Source: Mustelus asterias (Eukaryota). Taken from it: 64,000 nt of DNA. The position numbers were made by a program, and so were the translations under genes. Within the stretch, counting starts at the first letter, position 1. Each line of letters starts with the position of its first letter. The notes under the pieces are model-generated. The model was not told the origin of the DNA. It ran no database searches and saw only the letters and a program-made list of their open reading frames with translations. The stretch covers positions 372,001 to 436,000 of the forward strand of contig NW_027590142.1 of assembly GCF_964213995.1 (NCBI RefSeq), in the 5' to 3' direction. Positions 12,336 through 25,525 of the stretch are shown piece by piece.

Positions 12336-13027
12336 CTGCTATGATCAGAGGGAAGAGTGACTATATTCGCATTAATCACAGCGCTTCCAAAGAATTACAA
12401 CTTACATTTTGGTGGAACTTGCATTTATACAACACTTTACCCGACCTCATGTCGTCCCAATGTTCTTAAAGCTCACTGATGGACCTTTGCTGAATTTACT
12501 CACTGCTGTAATGTTGGAAATATAGCAGTATAATTTGCGTAAACTTGCTCCAACAAACCGAGATGTGATAAATGGCAAGTAAATTTGCGATTTTATTTGA
12601 AGAATGAGGATTTGGGTAGGATATTGGGCAGAACAGCCTTGCTCTTCATAATTATATCAAGAGATTTTGCATCCTGGCATCGATCTTAAATGTGAATCTG
12701 GTTCTGGCTCTGCTGATGCCCATTGAGATGCTGAGTAGCACTTTTGTTGTTTTAGTATTAGATTTCCGAAATCTGCAGAACTTTGCACTGCTTTTATTGA
12801 ATCTCTGGATGTGAGCATCACTGACAAAGCCAACAGTAATTGTCCCTACTGAGAAGGCGATTGTGAGCCACCTAGTTGAAACCTGCCCTCCAGATGATTT
12901 TATTGTTTGACTTTCCATAGCAGCTTTGATACAACTGGATGGCTTGCTCGGCAATTTCATTGGTGGCGAAGAGTCATTTTCATCACAGTGGAACTGGAGT
13001 CTATGTAGGACAGACAGGGGAAAGCTG

Positions 13028-13550
13028 GGAATCTTCGGTTTTCATGTTATTTCCAAAGAGACGACGTTGTTTGAAGTATAAAAGCAAATTACTGCAGATT
13101 CTGGAATTGAAACCAAAAGAATAAATGCTGGAAAATCTCAGCAGGCCTGGTAATATCTGTAAGGAGAGCAAAGAGCTGACGTTTCGAGTCCAGATGGCCC
13201 TTTGAAAAAGCTTTGACAAAGGGTAATCTGTGCTCGAAACGTCAGCTCTTCTCTCTCCTTACAGATGATGCCAGACTTGCTGAGATTTTCCAGCATTTTC
13301 TCTTTACGTTGTTTTAAGTGTCTTTGGGCGGAGTAAATTGATTCTGAATCCCTGGGGCGGAGGAATTGTAGGTTGATCCAAATCTATCCTACTGAAAAAC
13401 ACACTATAAACGTTGTCCAGGGACCTGTGGACCCGAACCATCCAGTTGCTGCCAATATTCGACGCGTTGGCCTTACAGCTCAGTCTCAGGGAGCCTCAGA
13501 GACGCCCGGTTTCTGCCTCTGGCTGAGTGAACATAACCTCCGATTCGATA
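13028..13550 (-). pseudogene. IGHV: IgM-type VH pseudogene (paralog of the 493-797 VH)
   Basis: GGGAGCCTC...CCCGGTTTCTGCCTCTGGCTGAGT...AACCTCCGA matches FR1; FR3 remnant (SKD.SNNVVSLE..MKTEDS) is split by a 228-bp insertion; frameshifts; YYC, RSS and leader not found. Confidence 0.88.
13078..13305. mobile_element. Penelope-like palindromic insertion in the pseudo-VH FR3
   Basis: Hairpin centred near AAAGCTTT (~13210); 14-bp target duplication ACGTTGTTT(G/T)AAGT at 13064-13077 and 13306-13319. Confidence 0.8.
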
Positions 13551-13567
13551 CTTGTAAAAATATAAAG

Positions 13568-13902
13568 AAAACATTGAAAACGAAAGGCCACACACCCCGA
13601 ACATACTCTCTCACCTTTCTACATCGGGAACAAGATACAAAAGTATTAGGACACGGACAAACCGACTAAAAAATCGCTTCTTTCCTGCTGCAATCAGACT
13701 TTTGAATGGACCTTCCTCGCATTAAGTTGATATTTCTCTACACCCTAGCTATGACTACAACACTACATTCTGCACTCGCTCGTTTCCATCTCGATGTACG
13801 GTATGCTTTCTCTGTATAGTGCGCAAGAAACACTAATTTTCATTGTGTACTAATATGCACGCCAATAATAAATCAAATGAAACCAAACCAAATCAAATCA
13901 AA
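13568..13902 (+). mobile_element. Rex1/Babar-type LINE 3' end in the pseudo-VH intron
   Basis: Encodes SGTRYKSIRTRTNRLKNRFFPAAIRLLN; (AAATC)n tail; VH-intron homology resumes at ~13905. Confidence 0.75.
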
Positions 13903-14299
13903 TAAATCAAAAACCCTGAGGATTATTCCCGATGAATTGATTGCTGACACTGCGACATTCCAGAGTTAGGCTAACACTGAGGCAGCAACAGTGAGATCCA
14001 TTGTCTTGTCTCTGCCAGTCCAAGAGGTGAAATTGCATTTGAGCATCTGTGATAGAAAATAAAAACAATTTCATTGTAAATTAAGTCCCTTCATTTATCC
14101 ACCCCTCCACAAGGGAATAGACATACAGAAGATGACATTAACTTATCAGGGTAAAGATGTCAATCTGATTTGCAATCATTCTGTGTCTCTAACACTTTGC
14201 ATCAAAAATATAATTCATTTAAGGAATTATTATCGATTTATTGTATTTCTGGTGTGGGTAACTATCATTGTAACTTGGGACTGGATATAAGAAGAAAGG

Positions 14300-14962
14300 A
14301 ATACAATGGCCTAGTGTTTTTATCGCTGGACAATTAATCCACAAACTCAACTAATAGTCTCATGATCCGGCTTCGAGTCCCGCCACGGCAGATGGTGGAA
14401 TTTAAATTCAGTAAAAACATCTGGAATCAAGAATCTACTTATGACCATGATATCATTGCCGATTGTGTAAAAACCTTTCTGGTTCACTAATGTCTTTTAA
14501 GGAAGGGAATCTGCTGTCCTTACTTGGTCTGGCCTACATGTGATTCCAGAGCCACAACAATGTGGTTGGCTCTCAACTGCCCTCGGACAAGGGGTGGGCA
14601 ATAAATGCTGATCATCCAGCGGCACCCATGTCCATAGAATCCCTACAGAGCAGAAGGAGGCCATTTGGCCTATCGGGCCCGCACCGACACCATTCCCTCC
14701 CAGGCCCTATACCCATCAGCCCACGTATATTCCCAGCTCATTCCCTTGACAGTATGGGACAATTTATCATCGCCAATCAACCTAAACAGAACATGCTTGG
14801 ATCGTACGAGTAAATAGGCAGACAATTGGAGAATGTGCATGCTCCACAGAGACAGTGACTCCACACAGACCCAAACCGGTAATTGAGCCCGGGTCCCTGG
14901 CGCTGTGAGGCAGAAGTGCTAACAACTATGCCACTGTGCCTCCCACGAATGAATTCAAAAAA
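14300..14962 (+). mobile_element. Deu-domain-type SINE (SacSINE1-like) with a nested minus-strand V-SINE (~14633-14942)
   Basis: GGTTCACTAATGTC..AGGAAGG..GGCCTACATGTGA core; same family at ~33695-34010 and ~55170-55405. Confidence 0.7.
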
Positions 14963-17619
14963 GAAAATCCTCATATGATACAGTATTACACTTTATATTT
15001 CTCCAACAGCTCCTTAACCCTGTGACAATTAGCGGTGAACGAAACCTGGTTGGCTTATAATTAATTGAGCTGGCAGAGAAACAAAATTGAAATCGACTTT
15101 TGACAGAATTGAATAAATCAGGACGGACACAGCGATCAGGAAAGTTCTCCGTCAGCATCCAAATCATTGTAGCTCATCTTATTGACCACCGGCTGTCTCA
15201 CATTCACTGGTAGTGGGAGCACAGGGCATCAGGACTTTGCAGCATATTGCACAATATCACAAGAGTAAATGCTTTATCTTCCACAGAACCAGGTTATGAA
15301 CTGGACATTTCTTCACAGATTGGCAGCTCTGAGAGGCACTGTTAAATAATCAAAATCAAATTATGCTGCACATTAGAACATGGTACTACTCAGGTACAAG
15401 AGACGTTGCCTTTCTAATGAGGGGCAGAAGACTGAGAATATTCCAGGAATCCGCGCTGTTCAAGGCAATTATATGACTTTATTTTACTTTTAATTATTTT
15501 CATTTTTGGGCCATTACACTGATCTCATTGGACTGAGGGATTGGGGACATCAAAATCTCTTTCCTGCACTTCATTGAAGTTGCTCACAAAGTGGCTTTAA
15601 TTGTTGGAAGGACATTTATTTGTAAGTCATACAGATGAAATAGCACCCAGCCAATTGACTAGTTTCCGATACTGTTTAATCACATAATCAACAGTGCATT
15701 CATTAAAAGTATTTGCTTGGAATGAATACCATTTAAAACGTGTCTTTCTTGTGGGAATCAGACATTTATTGCATAACTGGCTAAGTCCCATTTTATCCTT
15801 ACATATTAACGTTAATCTGTCCACGCAGTGTTTGGCAGCGGTCCAACCTGCTGCCAAATATCCGAAAATATTTACAGGAAGCATCTGAGGGTGTTTGTTC
15901 AGAAACTCAAAGATCTGTTTCCTCAGTACTGAGCGCTTGGCTGCAAGCCAACTTCAAACTCTCAGCATTGTCAATGGGGCCTATTTATAAATAAATCTGC
16001 CCAGCAACAGTACTGGAGGCAACTTAATTATTTTTAATGTTGTAAACCTGTATGAATGTTTCCCATTTCTTTGGAAAAGAAAGTTTCCATCTTCTCTGGC
16101 TCCTTGTTAGCAACAATGATGATCTCTCCAACACAACAAAACACTGTGATCGATGGATAGAAATAAATACAGGCAGATTGTGAGAGTTGATTCAGAGAGG
16201 TGATATATCTTATACTGCATAAACATGTATGCTTGTGTTTTATTTCACTTGATTCTTCCATGGGACGAGGGAGTCTCTGGAAAGACCAACATTTGTTTCC
16301 TGTGCTTAATTTATTTTCAACTGAGGGGTGTGCTAGGGCATTTCGGAAGGCATTGCCCAGTTACACATACTGCTGCCTCTCTGTAGTCACACCCTGGTGA
16401 GACCAAGTAGGGATGGCAGATTTCCTTGATTGGGGAATCAGAGAGGTTTATCTGGTCGCTGTAAGTATGAATCCAGATTTATTGATTGAAATCAAATTCC
16501 ACCAGCTGCCATGGTCGGATTTAATCTCGTGTTCCCTCATCACTGGCTTGGGCTTCTGGATTACTGCTCCACTGGTATTAATATTACGCCACCATCGACA
16601 CAAGAAATAAATAAATGCCTGTGTTGATGCAGGGATGAACGATAGTTGGATACCTGAATGTTTTCATTGAGGAATCAGTGAATGGACTGATGGATGCGAC
16701 GATAGCTGGTCCTGAAATTTGTTGTTCTACATTCGCTTACTTGTGTTTTACCACTTCAAAAATCGAATCTAGTCCTTTATTACAATTGTGTCAGTCTACA
16801 ACCTTTAATCCTTCCAGATTTTCGGGGTGAATTCCATCACCGGGATATCGGGAACAAATGAATTGAACCTCACTAAGATTAGTCTGATTTTTCCCCGTGT
16901 TGGTGGTAAATCTTCAAATCCAAAATGGAAAGAGGGAACATGATGAGGTTGATGAGGGAGGATTGTAATATTTGGAACATGTGGCCTTTCCAGTGCAACA
17001 AAATCACTCAACAGATCATCACCCAAATTAGTGAAGCCTAATAAATAAATAATGTGGCAACGAAAATATTGTGTAACTCACTGGACAGCTTGAAGTTTTG
17101 AATTACTTTCCAGAACTGTGTAAAAATGAATCGGGATTTTTAAGCTTCTATAAATTCATATTAGATACAGATACTTTCAGTTATACAGCCATTATAAAAA
17201 TGGTCACACATTCCAGTTATTTATTAGGAGTTTCTGTGTGATGATGAGGTGATTACTTGTAATAAAGCGTAGAGGCTGCTGGGTAGCTGCTACTATTTGG
17301 TCTGATTTAAATCAATTTCCCACTGAATTCTGAGGCAGATTTGATTCTTTCGTGACAGAAAGGCGAATGCTGTTTCAATACATTTGAATCTCAATGAATT
17401 GTACTAAATAAACTGCAATTATATTCGCATCAAATAAAATACTGGCAATAATTGGTGAAATATTAATTATTTTTTGTGAATTGAAGATTATTGGTAATAT
17501 TAGCGCCAGGCAATGACCACCTCCAAAAAGGGAGAATCTACCCATTGCTCCTTGTCACTCAATGATATTATGATACTGAATCACCCACTATAAACATCGT
17601 CGGGGTTACCAATGGCTAA

Positions 17620-18458
17620 CAAGAATATAAGAACATAAGAAGTAGGAGCAGGAGTAGGCCATCTAGCCCCACGAGCCTGCCCCGCCATTCAATAAAACCA
17701 TGGCTGATCTGATAGTATGTTCCACTTACCCGCCCGCTCCCCATAACCCTTAATTCCCTTATTGATCACAAATCTATCTACCTGTGACTTAAACATATTG
17801 AACGAGGTAGCCTCCACTGCTTCAATGGGCAGAGAATTCATTCCAAAGATTCACTACCCTCTGAGAGAAGAAGTTCCTCCTCAACTCTGTTCTAAACTGA
17901 CTCCCCCTTATTTTGAGGCTGTGTCCTCTCGTTCTTGTTTCCTTTCTAAGTGGAAAGAATCTCTCTGCCTCTACCCTGTCTAGTCAGTTCATTATCTAAT
18001 ATGTCTCTATAAGATCTCTCCTCAGCCTTCTAAACTCCAATGAGTACAGGCCCAATCTACTCAATCTCTCCTCATAAGCTAACCCCCTCATCTCCGGTAT
18101 CAACCTGGTGAACCTTCTCTGTACTCCCTCCAAGGCCAATATATTCTTCCGCAAATAAGGGGACCAAAATTGCACACAGCACTCTAGTTGCGGCCTCACC
18201 AGTACATTGTACAATTGCAGCAGGACCTGCCTGCTTTTATACTCCATCCCCTTCGCGATAAAGGCCAACATTCCATTTGCCTTCTTGATCACCTGCTGCA
18301 CCTGCAAACTGATTTTTTCCGATTCATGCACAAGGACCCACAGGTCTCTCTGCACAGTAGCATGTTGTAATTTTTCATCATATAAATAAGAGTCCATTTT
18401 ACTATTATTGCTTCCAAAGTGGATAACCTCACACTTGTCAACGTTATATTCCATCTGC
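17620..18458 (-). mobile_element. CR1 LINE 3' fragment, internally deleted
   Basis: ORF 17996-18469 RT C-terminus; (TTCTTATG)n tail. Confidence 0.88.
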
Positions 18459-18872
18459 TGCATTATCATCGCTGCATTAACGAGGTATATAAATGCTCCG
18501 GCTGGAAAATCAGGTCAGCCTGCTGTGAGTAACCCACCTCCAGACTCCCCAAACCTGTGCACCAACTACACGACATAAGTCAGGAGAGTAAAAGGGTTCT
18601 TTCCACTTGCTTGAATAAGTGGAGCTCAAACAACATTCAAGAATCTTCATACCATTCAGGAATAAGCAGCCGGCTTGACTGGCATAGAATTTGAAAATGC
18701 TCACTCCCTCCTCCACAGAGAGCAGTATGATGTACCATTTACAAGTTTCTCTTCCGAAACTCACCAAGACTCCTTAGGCAGCAACTTCCAACCACACGAC
18801 AGTTACCATCTGGAAGGACAGGAGTAACAGTTACCAGGGAATATCACCTATAAATTCCCCTCCTAATCAGTC

Positions 18873-21800
18873 ATAGAACATAGAACATAGAACATTACAG
18901 CGCAGAACAGGCCCTTCGGCCCACGATGTTGCACCGACCAGTTAAAAAAACAAAACTGTGACCCTCCAACCTAAACCAATTTCTTTTCGTCCATGAACCT
19001 ATCTACGGATCTCTTAAACGCCCCCAAACTAGGCGCATTTACAACTGATGCTGGCAGGGCATTCCAATCCCTCACCACCCTCTGGGTAAAGAACCTACCC
19101 CTGACATCGGTTCTATAACTACCCCCCCTCAATTTAAAGCCATGCCCCCTCGTGCTGGATTTCTCCATCAGAGGAAAAAGGCTATCACTATCCACCCTAT
19201 CTAAACCTCTAATCATCTTATATGTTTCAATAAGATCCCCTCTTAGCCGCCGCCTTTCCAGCGAAAACAATCCCAAATCCCTCAGCCTCTCCTCATAGGA
19301 TCTCCCCTCCATACCAGGCAACATCCTGGTAAACCTCCTCTGCACCCTCTCCAAAGCCTCCACATCCTTCCTGTAATGTGGGGACCAGAACTGCACACAG
19401 TACTCCAAGTGCGGCCGCACCAGAGTTGTGTACAGTTGCAACATAACGCTACGACTCCTAAATTCAATCCCCCTACCAATAAACGCCAAGACACCATATG
19501 CCTTCTTAACAACCTTATCTACTTGATTCCCAACTTTCAGGGATCTATGCACACATACACCTAGATCCCTCTGCTCCTCCACACTATTCAAAGTCCTCCC
19601 GTTAGCCCTATACTCAACACATCTGTTATTCCTACCAAAGTGAATTACCTCACACTTCTCCGCATTAAACTCCATCCGCCACCTCTCGGCCCAACTTTGC
19701 AACCTGTCTAAGTCTTCCTGCAAACTACGACACCCTTCCTCACTGTCTACCACACCACCGACTTTGGTGTCATCAGCAAATTTGCTAATCCACCCAACTA
19801 TACCCTCATCCAGATCATTAATAAATATTACAAACAGCAGTGGCCCCAAAACAGATCCCTGAGGTACACCACTTGTAACCGCACTCCATGATGAATATTT
19901 ACTATCAACCACCACCCTCTGTTTCCTATCCGCTAGCCAATTCCTGATCCAATTTCCTAGATCACCCCCAATCCCATACATCTGCATTTTCTGCAGAAGC
20001 CTACCATGGTAGTGCACTAGAAAGCTTTAGATTGGCTAAGAGGGAGTTGAAGAGCGAGCTTAGAAGGGCTAAAAGGGGACATGAGAAGACTTTGGCGGAT
20101 AGGGTTAAAGAGAATCCTAAGGCGTTCTATAGGTATGTCAAGAACAGAAGGTTGGTTAGGGCAAGTTTAGGGCCAGTTATAGATGGCAGAGGGAAGTTAT
20201 GTGTGGAACCGGAGGAGATTGGTGAAGCATTGAACCAATATTTCTCTTCGGTGTTCACGCAAGGGGACATGAATATAGCTGAGGAGGACACTGGGTTGCA
20301 AGGGAGTAGAATAGACAGTATTACAGTTGATAAGGAGGATGTGCAGGATATTCTGGAGGGTCTGAAAATAGATAAATCCCCTGGTCCGGATGGGATTTAT
20401 CCAAGGATTCTCTGGGAGGCAAGAGAAGTGATTGCAGAGCCTCTGGCTCTGATCTTCAGGTCGTCGTTGGCCTCTGGTATAGTACCAGAAGATTGGAGGT
20501 TAGCGAATGTTGTCCCATTGTTTAAGAAGGGGAACAGAGACTTCCCCGGGAATTATAGACCGGTGAGTCTCACTTCTGTTGTCGGCAAGATGTTGGAAAA
20601 AATTATAAGGGATAGGATTTATAGTTATTTGGAGAGTAATGAATTGATAGGTGATAGTCAGCATGGTTTTGTGGCAGGTAGGTCGTGCCTTACTAACCTT
20701 ATTGAGTTTTTTGAGAAAGTGACCAAGGAGGTGGATGGGGGCAAGGCAGTGGACGTGGTATATATGGATTTTAGTAAGGCGTTTGATAAGGTTCACCATG
20801 GTAGGCTTCTGCAGAAAATGCAGATGTATGGGATTGGGGGTGATCTAGGAAATTGGATCAGGAATTGGCTAGCGGATAGGAAACAGAGGGTGGTGGTTGA
20901 TAGTAAATATTCATCATGGAGTGCGGTTACAAGTGGTGTACCTCAGGGATCTGTTTTGGGGCCACTGCTGTTTGTAATATTTATTAATGATCTGGATGAG
21001 GGTATAGTTGGGTGGATTAGCAAATTTGCTGATGACACCAAAGTCGGTGGTGTGGTAGACAGTGAGGAAGGGTGTCGTAGTTTGCAGGAAGACTTAGACA
21101 GGTTGCAAAGTTGGGCCGAGAGGTGGCGGATGGAGTTTAATGCGGAGAAGTGTGAGGTAATTCACTTTGGTAGGAATAACAGATGTGTTGAGTATAGGGC
21201 TAACGGGAGGACTTTGAATAGTGTGGAGGAGCAGAGGGATCTAGGTGTATGTGTGCATAGATCCCTGAAAGTTGGGAATCAAGTAGATAAGGTTGTTAAG
21301 AAGGCATATGGTGTCTTGGCGTTTATTGGTAGGGGGATTGAATTTAGGAGTCGTAGCGTTATGTTGCAACTGTACACAACTCTGGTGCGGCCGCACTTGG
21401 AGTACTGTGTGCAGTTCTGGTCCCCACATTACAGGAAGGATGTGGAGGCTTTGGAGAGGGTGCAGAGGAGGTTTACCAGGATGTTGCCTGGTATGGAGGG
21501 GAGATCCTATGAGGAGAGGCTGAGGGATTTGGGATTGTTTTCGCTGGAAAGGCGGCGGCTAAGAGGGGATCTTATTGAAACATATAAGATGATTAGAGGT
21601 TTAGATAGGGTGGATAGTGATAGCCTTTTTCCTCTGATGGAGAAATCCAGCACGAGGGGGCATGGCTTTAAATTGAGGGGGGGTAGTTATAGAACCGATG
21701 TCAGGGGTAGGTTCTTTACCCAGAGGGTGGTGAGGGATTGGAATGCCCTGCCAGCATCAGTAGTAAATGCGCCTAGTTTGGGGGCGTTTAAGAGATCCGT

Positions 21801-23031
21801 AGATAGGTTCATGGACGAAAAGAAATTGGTTTAGGTTGGAGGGTCACAGTTTTTTTTTAACTGGTCGGTGCAACATCGTGGGCCGAAGGGCCTGTTCTGC
21901 GCTGTAATGTTCTATGTTCTATGTTCTATGGTGAACCTTATCAAACGCCTTACTAAAATCCATATATACCACGTCCACTGCCTTGCCCCCATCCACCTCC
22001 TTGGTCACTTTCTCAAAAAACTCAATAAGGTTAGTAAGGCACGACCTACCTGCCACAAAACCATGCTGACTATCACCTATCAATTCATTACTCTCCAAAT
22101 AACTATAAATCCTATCCCTTATAATTTTTTCCAACATCTTGCCGACAACAGAAGTGAGACTCACCGGTCTATAATTCCCGGGGAAGTCTCTGTTCCCCTT
22201 CTTAAACAATGGGACAACATTCGCTAACCTCCAATCTTCTGGTACTATACCAGAGGCCAACGACGACCTGAAGATCAGAGCCAGAGGCTCTGCAATCACT
22301 TCTCTTGCCTCCCAGAGAATCCTTGGATAAATCCCATCCGCACCAGGGGATTTATCTATTTTCAGACCCTCCAGAATATCCTGCACATCCTCCTTATCAA
22401 CTGTAATACTGTCTATTCTACTCCCCTGCAACCCAGTGTCCTCCTCAGCTATATTCATGTCCCCTTGCGTGAACACCGAAGAGAAATATTGGTTCAATGC
22501 TTCACCAATCTCCTCCGGTTCCACACATAACTTCCCTCTGCCATCTATAACTGGCCCTAAACTTGCCCTAACCAACCTTCTGTTCTTGACATACCTATAG
22601 AACGCCTTAGGATTCTCTTTAACCCTATCCGCCAAAGTCTTCTCATGTCCCCTTTTAGCCCTTCTAAGCTCGCTCTTCAACTCCCTCTTAGCCAATCTAA
22701 AGCTTTCTAGTGCACTACCCGAGTGCTCACGTCTCATCCGAACATAAGCCTCCTTTTTCTTTTTAACCAACAAAGAAACTTTTTTGGTGCACCACGGTTC
22801 CCTAACCCTACCAATTCCTCCTTGCCTGACAGGGACATACCTATCACAGACTCGCAGTAGCTGCTCCTTGAAAAAACTCCACATGTCGGACGTTCCCAGT
22901 CCCTGTAATCTCCTAGTCCAACCTATGTTTCCTAATTCTCTCCTAATAGCCTCATAATTCCAATATAGCCTCACCTCTAGTTGGCCTGTCTACATACTGA
23001 GTCAAAAAACCTTCCTGCACGCTTTGAACAA
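18873..23031 (-). mobile_element. Young 5'-truncated CR1, split at ATGGT by a copy of the same family
   Basis: Pieces 21928-23031 and 18873-20010 join to give ...KAFDKVHH|GRLLQKMQ...; nearly identical to 43617-45995 apart from a ~150-bp internal deletion at ~22960. Confidence 0.92.
20008..21930 (+). mobile_element. Young 5'-truncated CR1 nested in opposite orientation (600-aa open RT)
   Basis: ORF 20032-21834 with YRPVSLTS, GVPQGSVLGP, FADD; (TTCTATG)n tail; ATGGT duplicated at 20006-20010 and 21928-21932. Confidence 0.94.
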
Positions 23032-23102
23032 GACTGGGAGACTGGGAGACGAAGCAGAAAGCTTTGATCAGTGGAGGGAACAGATCGGATGTAATTTTAG
23101 TG

Positions 23103-23441
23103 CGGCACGGTAGCACAGTGGTTAGCACTGCTGCTTCACAGCTCCAGGGATCTGGGTTCGATTGCCGGCTTGGGTCACTGTCTGTGTGGAGTTTGCACAT
23201 TCTCCTCGTGTCTGCGTGGGTTTCCTCCGGGTGCTCCGATTTCCTCCCACAGTCCAAAGATGTGCGGGTTAGGTTGATTGGCCATGCTAAAATTGCCCCT
23301 TCTTGTCCTGAGATGCGGAGGTTAGAGGGATTAGCGGGTAAATATGTAGGGATATGGGGTAAGGCCTGGGTGGGATTGTGGTCGGTGCAGACTCGCTGGA
23401 CCAAATGGCCTCTTTCTGCACTGTAGGGTTTCTATGATTCT
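23103..23441 (+). mobile_element. Full-length V-SINE (HE1-like)
   Basis: A box TAGCACAGTGG, B box GGTTCGATTGCC, V-domain, TTCTATGATTCT tail. Confidence 0.9.
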
Positions 23442-23544
23442 AATGTAAACAGACACCAAGATCTATTGCAAATGCTCACATGCAGTATATAAATAGGCAT
23501 GGCCTAGTGCATTACTGTACATGACTGCGCCAAATGTGTGTGAC

Positions 23545-23602
23545 AGAGAGGGAGGGAGAGAGACAGGGAGAGAGAAACACAAGGAGAGAGAGAGAGAGAG
23601 AG
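23545..23602 (+). repeat. (GA)n microsatellite
   Basis: Direct read. Confidence 0.85.
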
Positions 23603-24429
23603 ATGCACATTAATACCACTCCATTTATGATGAATGATCTGCTGAGTGTTTCTGGCTTTTTTTTTCAGACCCATGCCTCGGCAATATCTTCCTGATGAGC
23701 AACGAGATATTTAATCAGGTTACTGACAGGATGGCCAATAAAAGTGATGGTTTTATGGATTGATTTAGACGAGAAATATGAGGTAACGAGATATAGGGAG
23801 GGAATAACAGAGCTTCGGGCCTCGACAGATGAACACATCCCAAACTGAAAAATAATTTTGAAGATAACAATACGAATTGCAGAAAATATATGTTTTTAAT
23901 TCTATTCAAACATAACGTACCAGTCAACACTTGTTCTGTGGCCATTTCGGTTTTTTCTCTCTCTGAAACAGATGAGCAAATAATGAATGGACAGATATTT
24001 AGCCTGTGGGAGCCCATCTGGCGATATTGTGAGGACACAATTCTGTCTCACACTGCCAGTATATCAGTTGAATGGTATAAATAAAATAAGATAGGCGAAC
24101 AATGTTTATCGCTAAACTCTGTGACACATTGACTCAGTGCAACACAATATTCAACTAATAAAATGTATCACAACAGAAGTTGCTTGAAGTTATTGCAACG
24201 AGCACTGAACGATTGTTCAGATATTGACTTGTCCCCAATGCCGGTTAATCACTGAGAAATTGTTATAACGTTCACGCTAAATATTACCCACATGATAGCA
24301 GAGCAATTAGACGTTTCTCACAGCTATTTATATATATTAGCAAAAAAATAAACCTACTCTTCGAAACAAGAATGATTGGTACCGGACAGGCAAACCCACA
24401 TTATATCGTGAGTGACAATATCTCGACAG

Positions 24430-24640
24430 GCAACATATTCATGGTCGTATGTTGGATTAACAGAGACAGGTTCTGATGTAATGTAAAGAGACAAATCATG
24501 TTTAATATAAAAAAAGCTGGAATCTGATGTAATATAATCAGATCCGTGGTCTACTCTAGTAAGAATTGACAGGACCAAATCAAGCATAAATAGAGAGATG
24601 GCCTAGTGTAGCAAAACGAGAGAAATGACCGAATGTAGCG
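24430..24640 (+). repeat. Direct repeat of ~28905-29120 (minisatellite-derived block)
   Basis: Shared GTCGTATGTTG.ATTAACAGAGACAG...CAGATCCGTGGTCTACTCT...ACGAGAGAAATGACCG. Confidence 0.8.
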
Positions 24641-25525
24641 TGAAGAGAGACAGGGTCTACTGTCATTCAATTAAAGACTGGGTCCAGTACAGCACAAATA
24701 GCAGTATGGTCTTGTATCAAGCAGTGCCTTCTGTACATTGGCCTCTTGCCAGTGGATAACAGTTTCTTCCTAATGAGTAAAACATTCCCATTTATAACTT
24801 TGAACTTCTGCGCTAAATCTCCCATAAAGATTGGGATCAAAGGTGAACACGGGATCAAAGGCGAACTAGCTAGATGGGTACAGAACTGGCTTGGCCATAG
24901 AAGACAGAGGGTAGCAGTGGAGGGGTCTTTTTCTGATTGGAGGTCTGTGCCTAGTTGTGTTCCGCAGGGCTCTGTACTGGGACCTCTGCTGTTTGTGATA
25001 TATATAAATGACTTGGAAGAAGATGTAGCTGGTCTGATTAGTAAGTTTGCGGACGACAAAAAGATTGCTGGAGTTGCGGATAGTGATGAACATTGTCAGA
25101 GAATATAGCAGGATATAGATAGGCTGGAAAATTGGGTGGAGAAATGGCAGATGGAATTTAATCCAGATAAATGTGAAGTGGTGTATTTTGGTAGATCTAA
25201 TGCTGGGGGGAGATATACAATAAATGGCAGAACCATCAGGAGTATAGACACACAGAGGGATCTGCCTGTGCAAGTCCACAGATCCTTAAAGGTAGCAGCA
25301 CAGGTGGAAAAGGTGGCGAAGAAGGCATATGGCATGCTTGTCTTTATTGGACGGGGCAAAGAGTATAGAAGTTGGCATATGATGTTGCAGTTATATAGAA
25401 CGTTGGTTAGGCCACATTTGGAATACTGCGTCCAGTTCTGGTCGCCACACTATCAGAAGGACGTGGAGGCTTTGGAGAGAGTGCAGAAAAGGTTTACGAG
25501 GCTGTTGCCTGGTATGGAGGGTATT

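Larger units (their letters stand above)
13028..17500 (+). repeat. Direct segmental duplication of ~530-5540 (VH plus upstream region)
   Basis: Collinear matches: 1718-2090 with 15090-15460, 2790-2935 with 15870-16013, 4090-4935 with 16635-17435. Confidence 0.88.

Noticed and set aside
12980-13025. CACAGTG next to the pseudo-VH
   Set aside because: Wrong strand for a VH RSS, no nonamer, and lies in SINE-like sequence
20500-22227. Repeated 62-119 aa ORFs (MVNLIKRL..., MWGPELHT..., MLRRHMVS...)
   Set aside because: Antisense or alternative frames of CR1 ORF2
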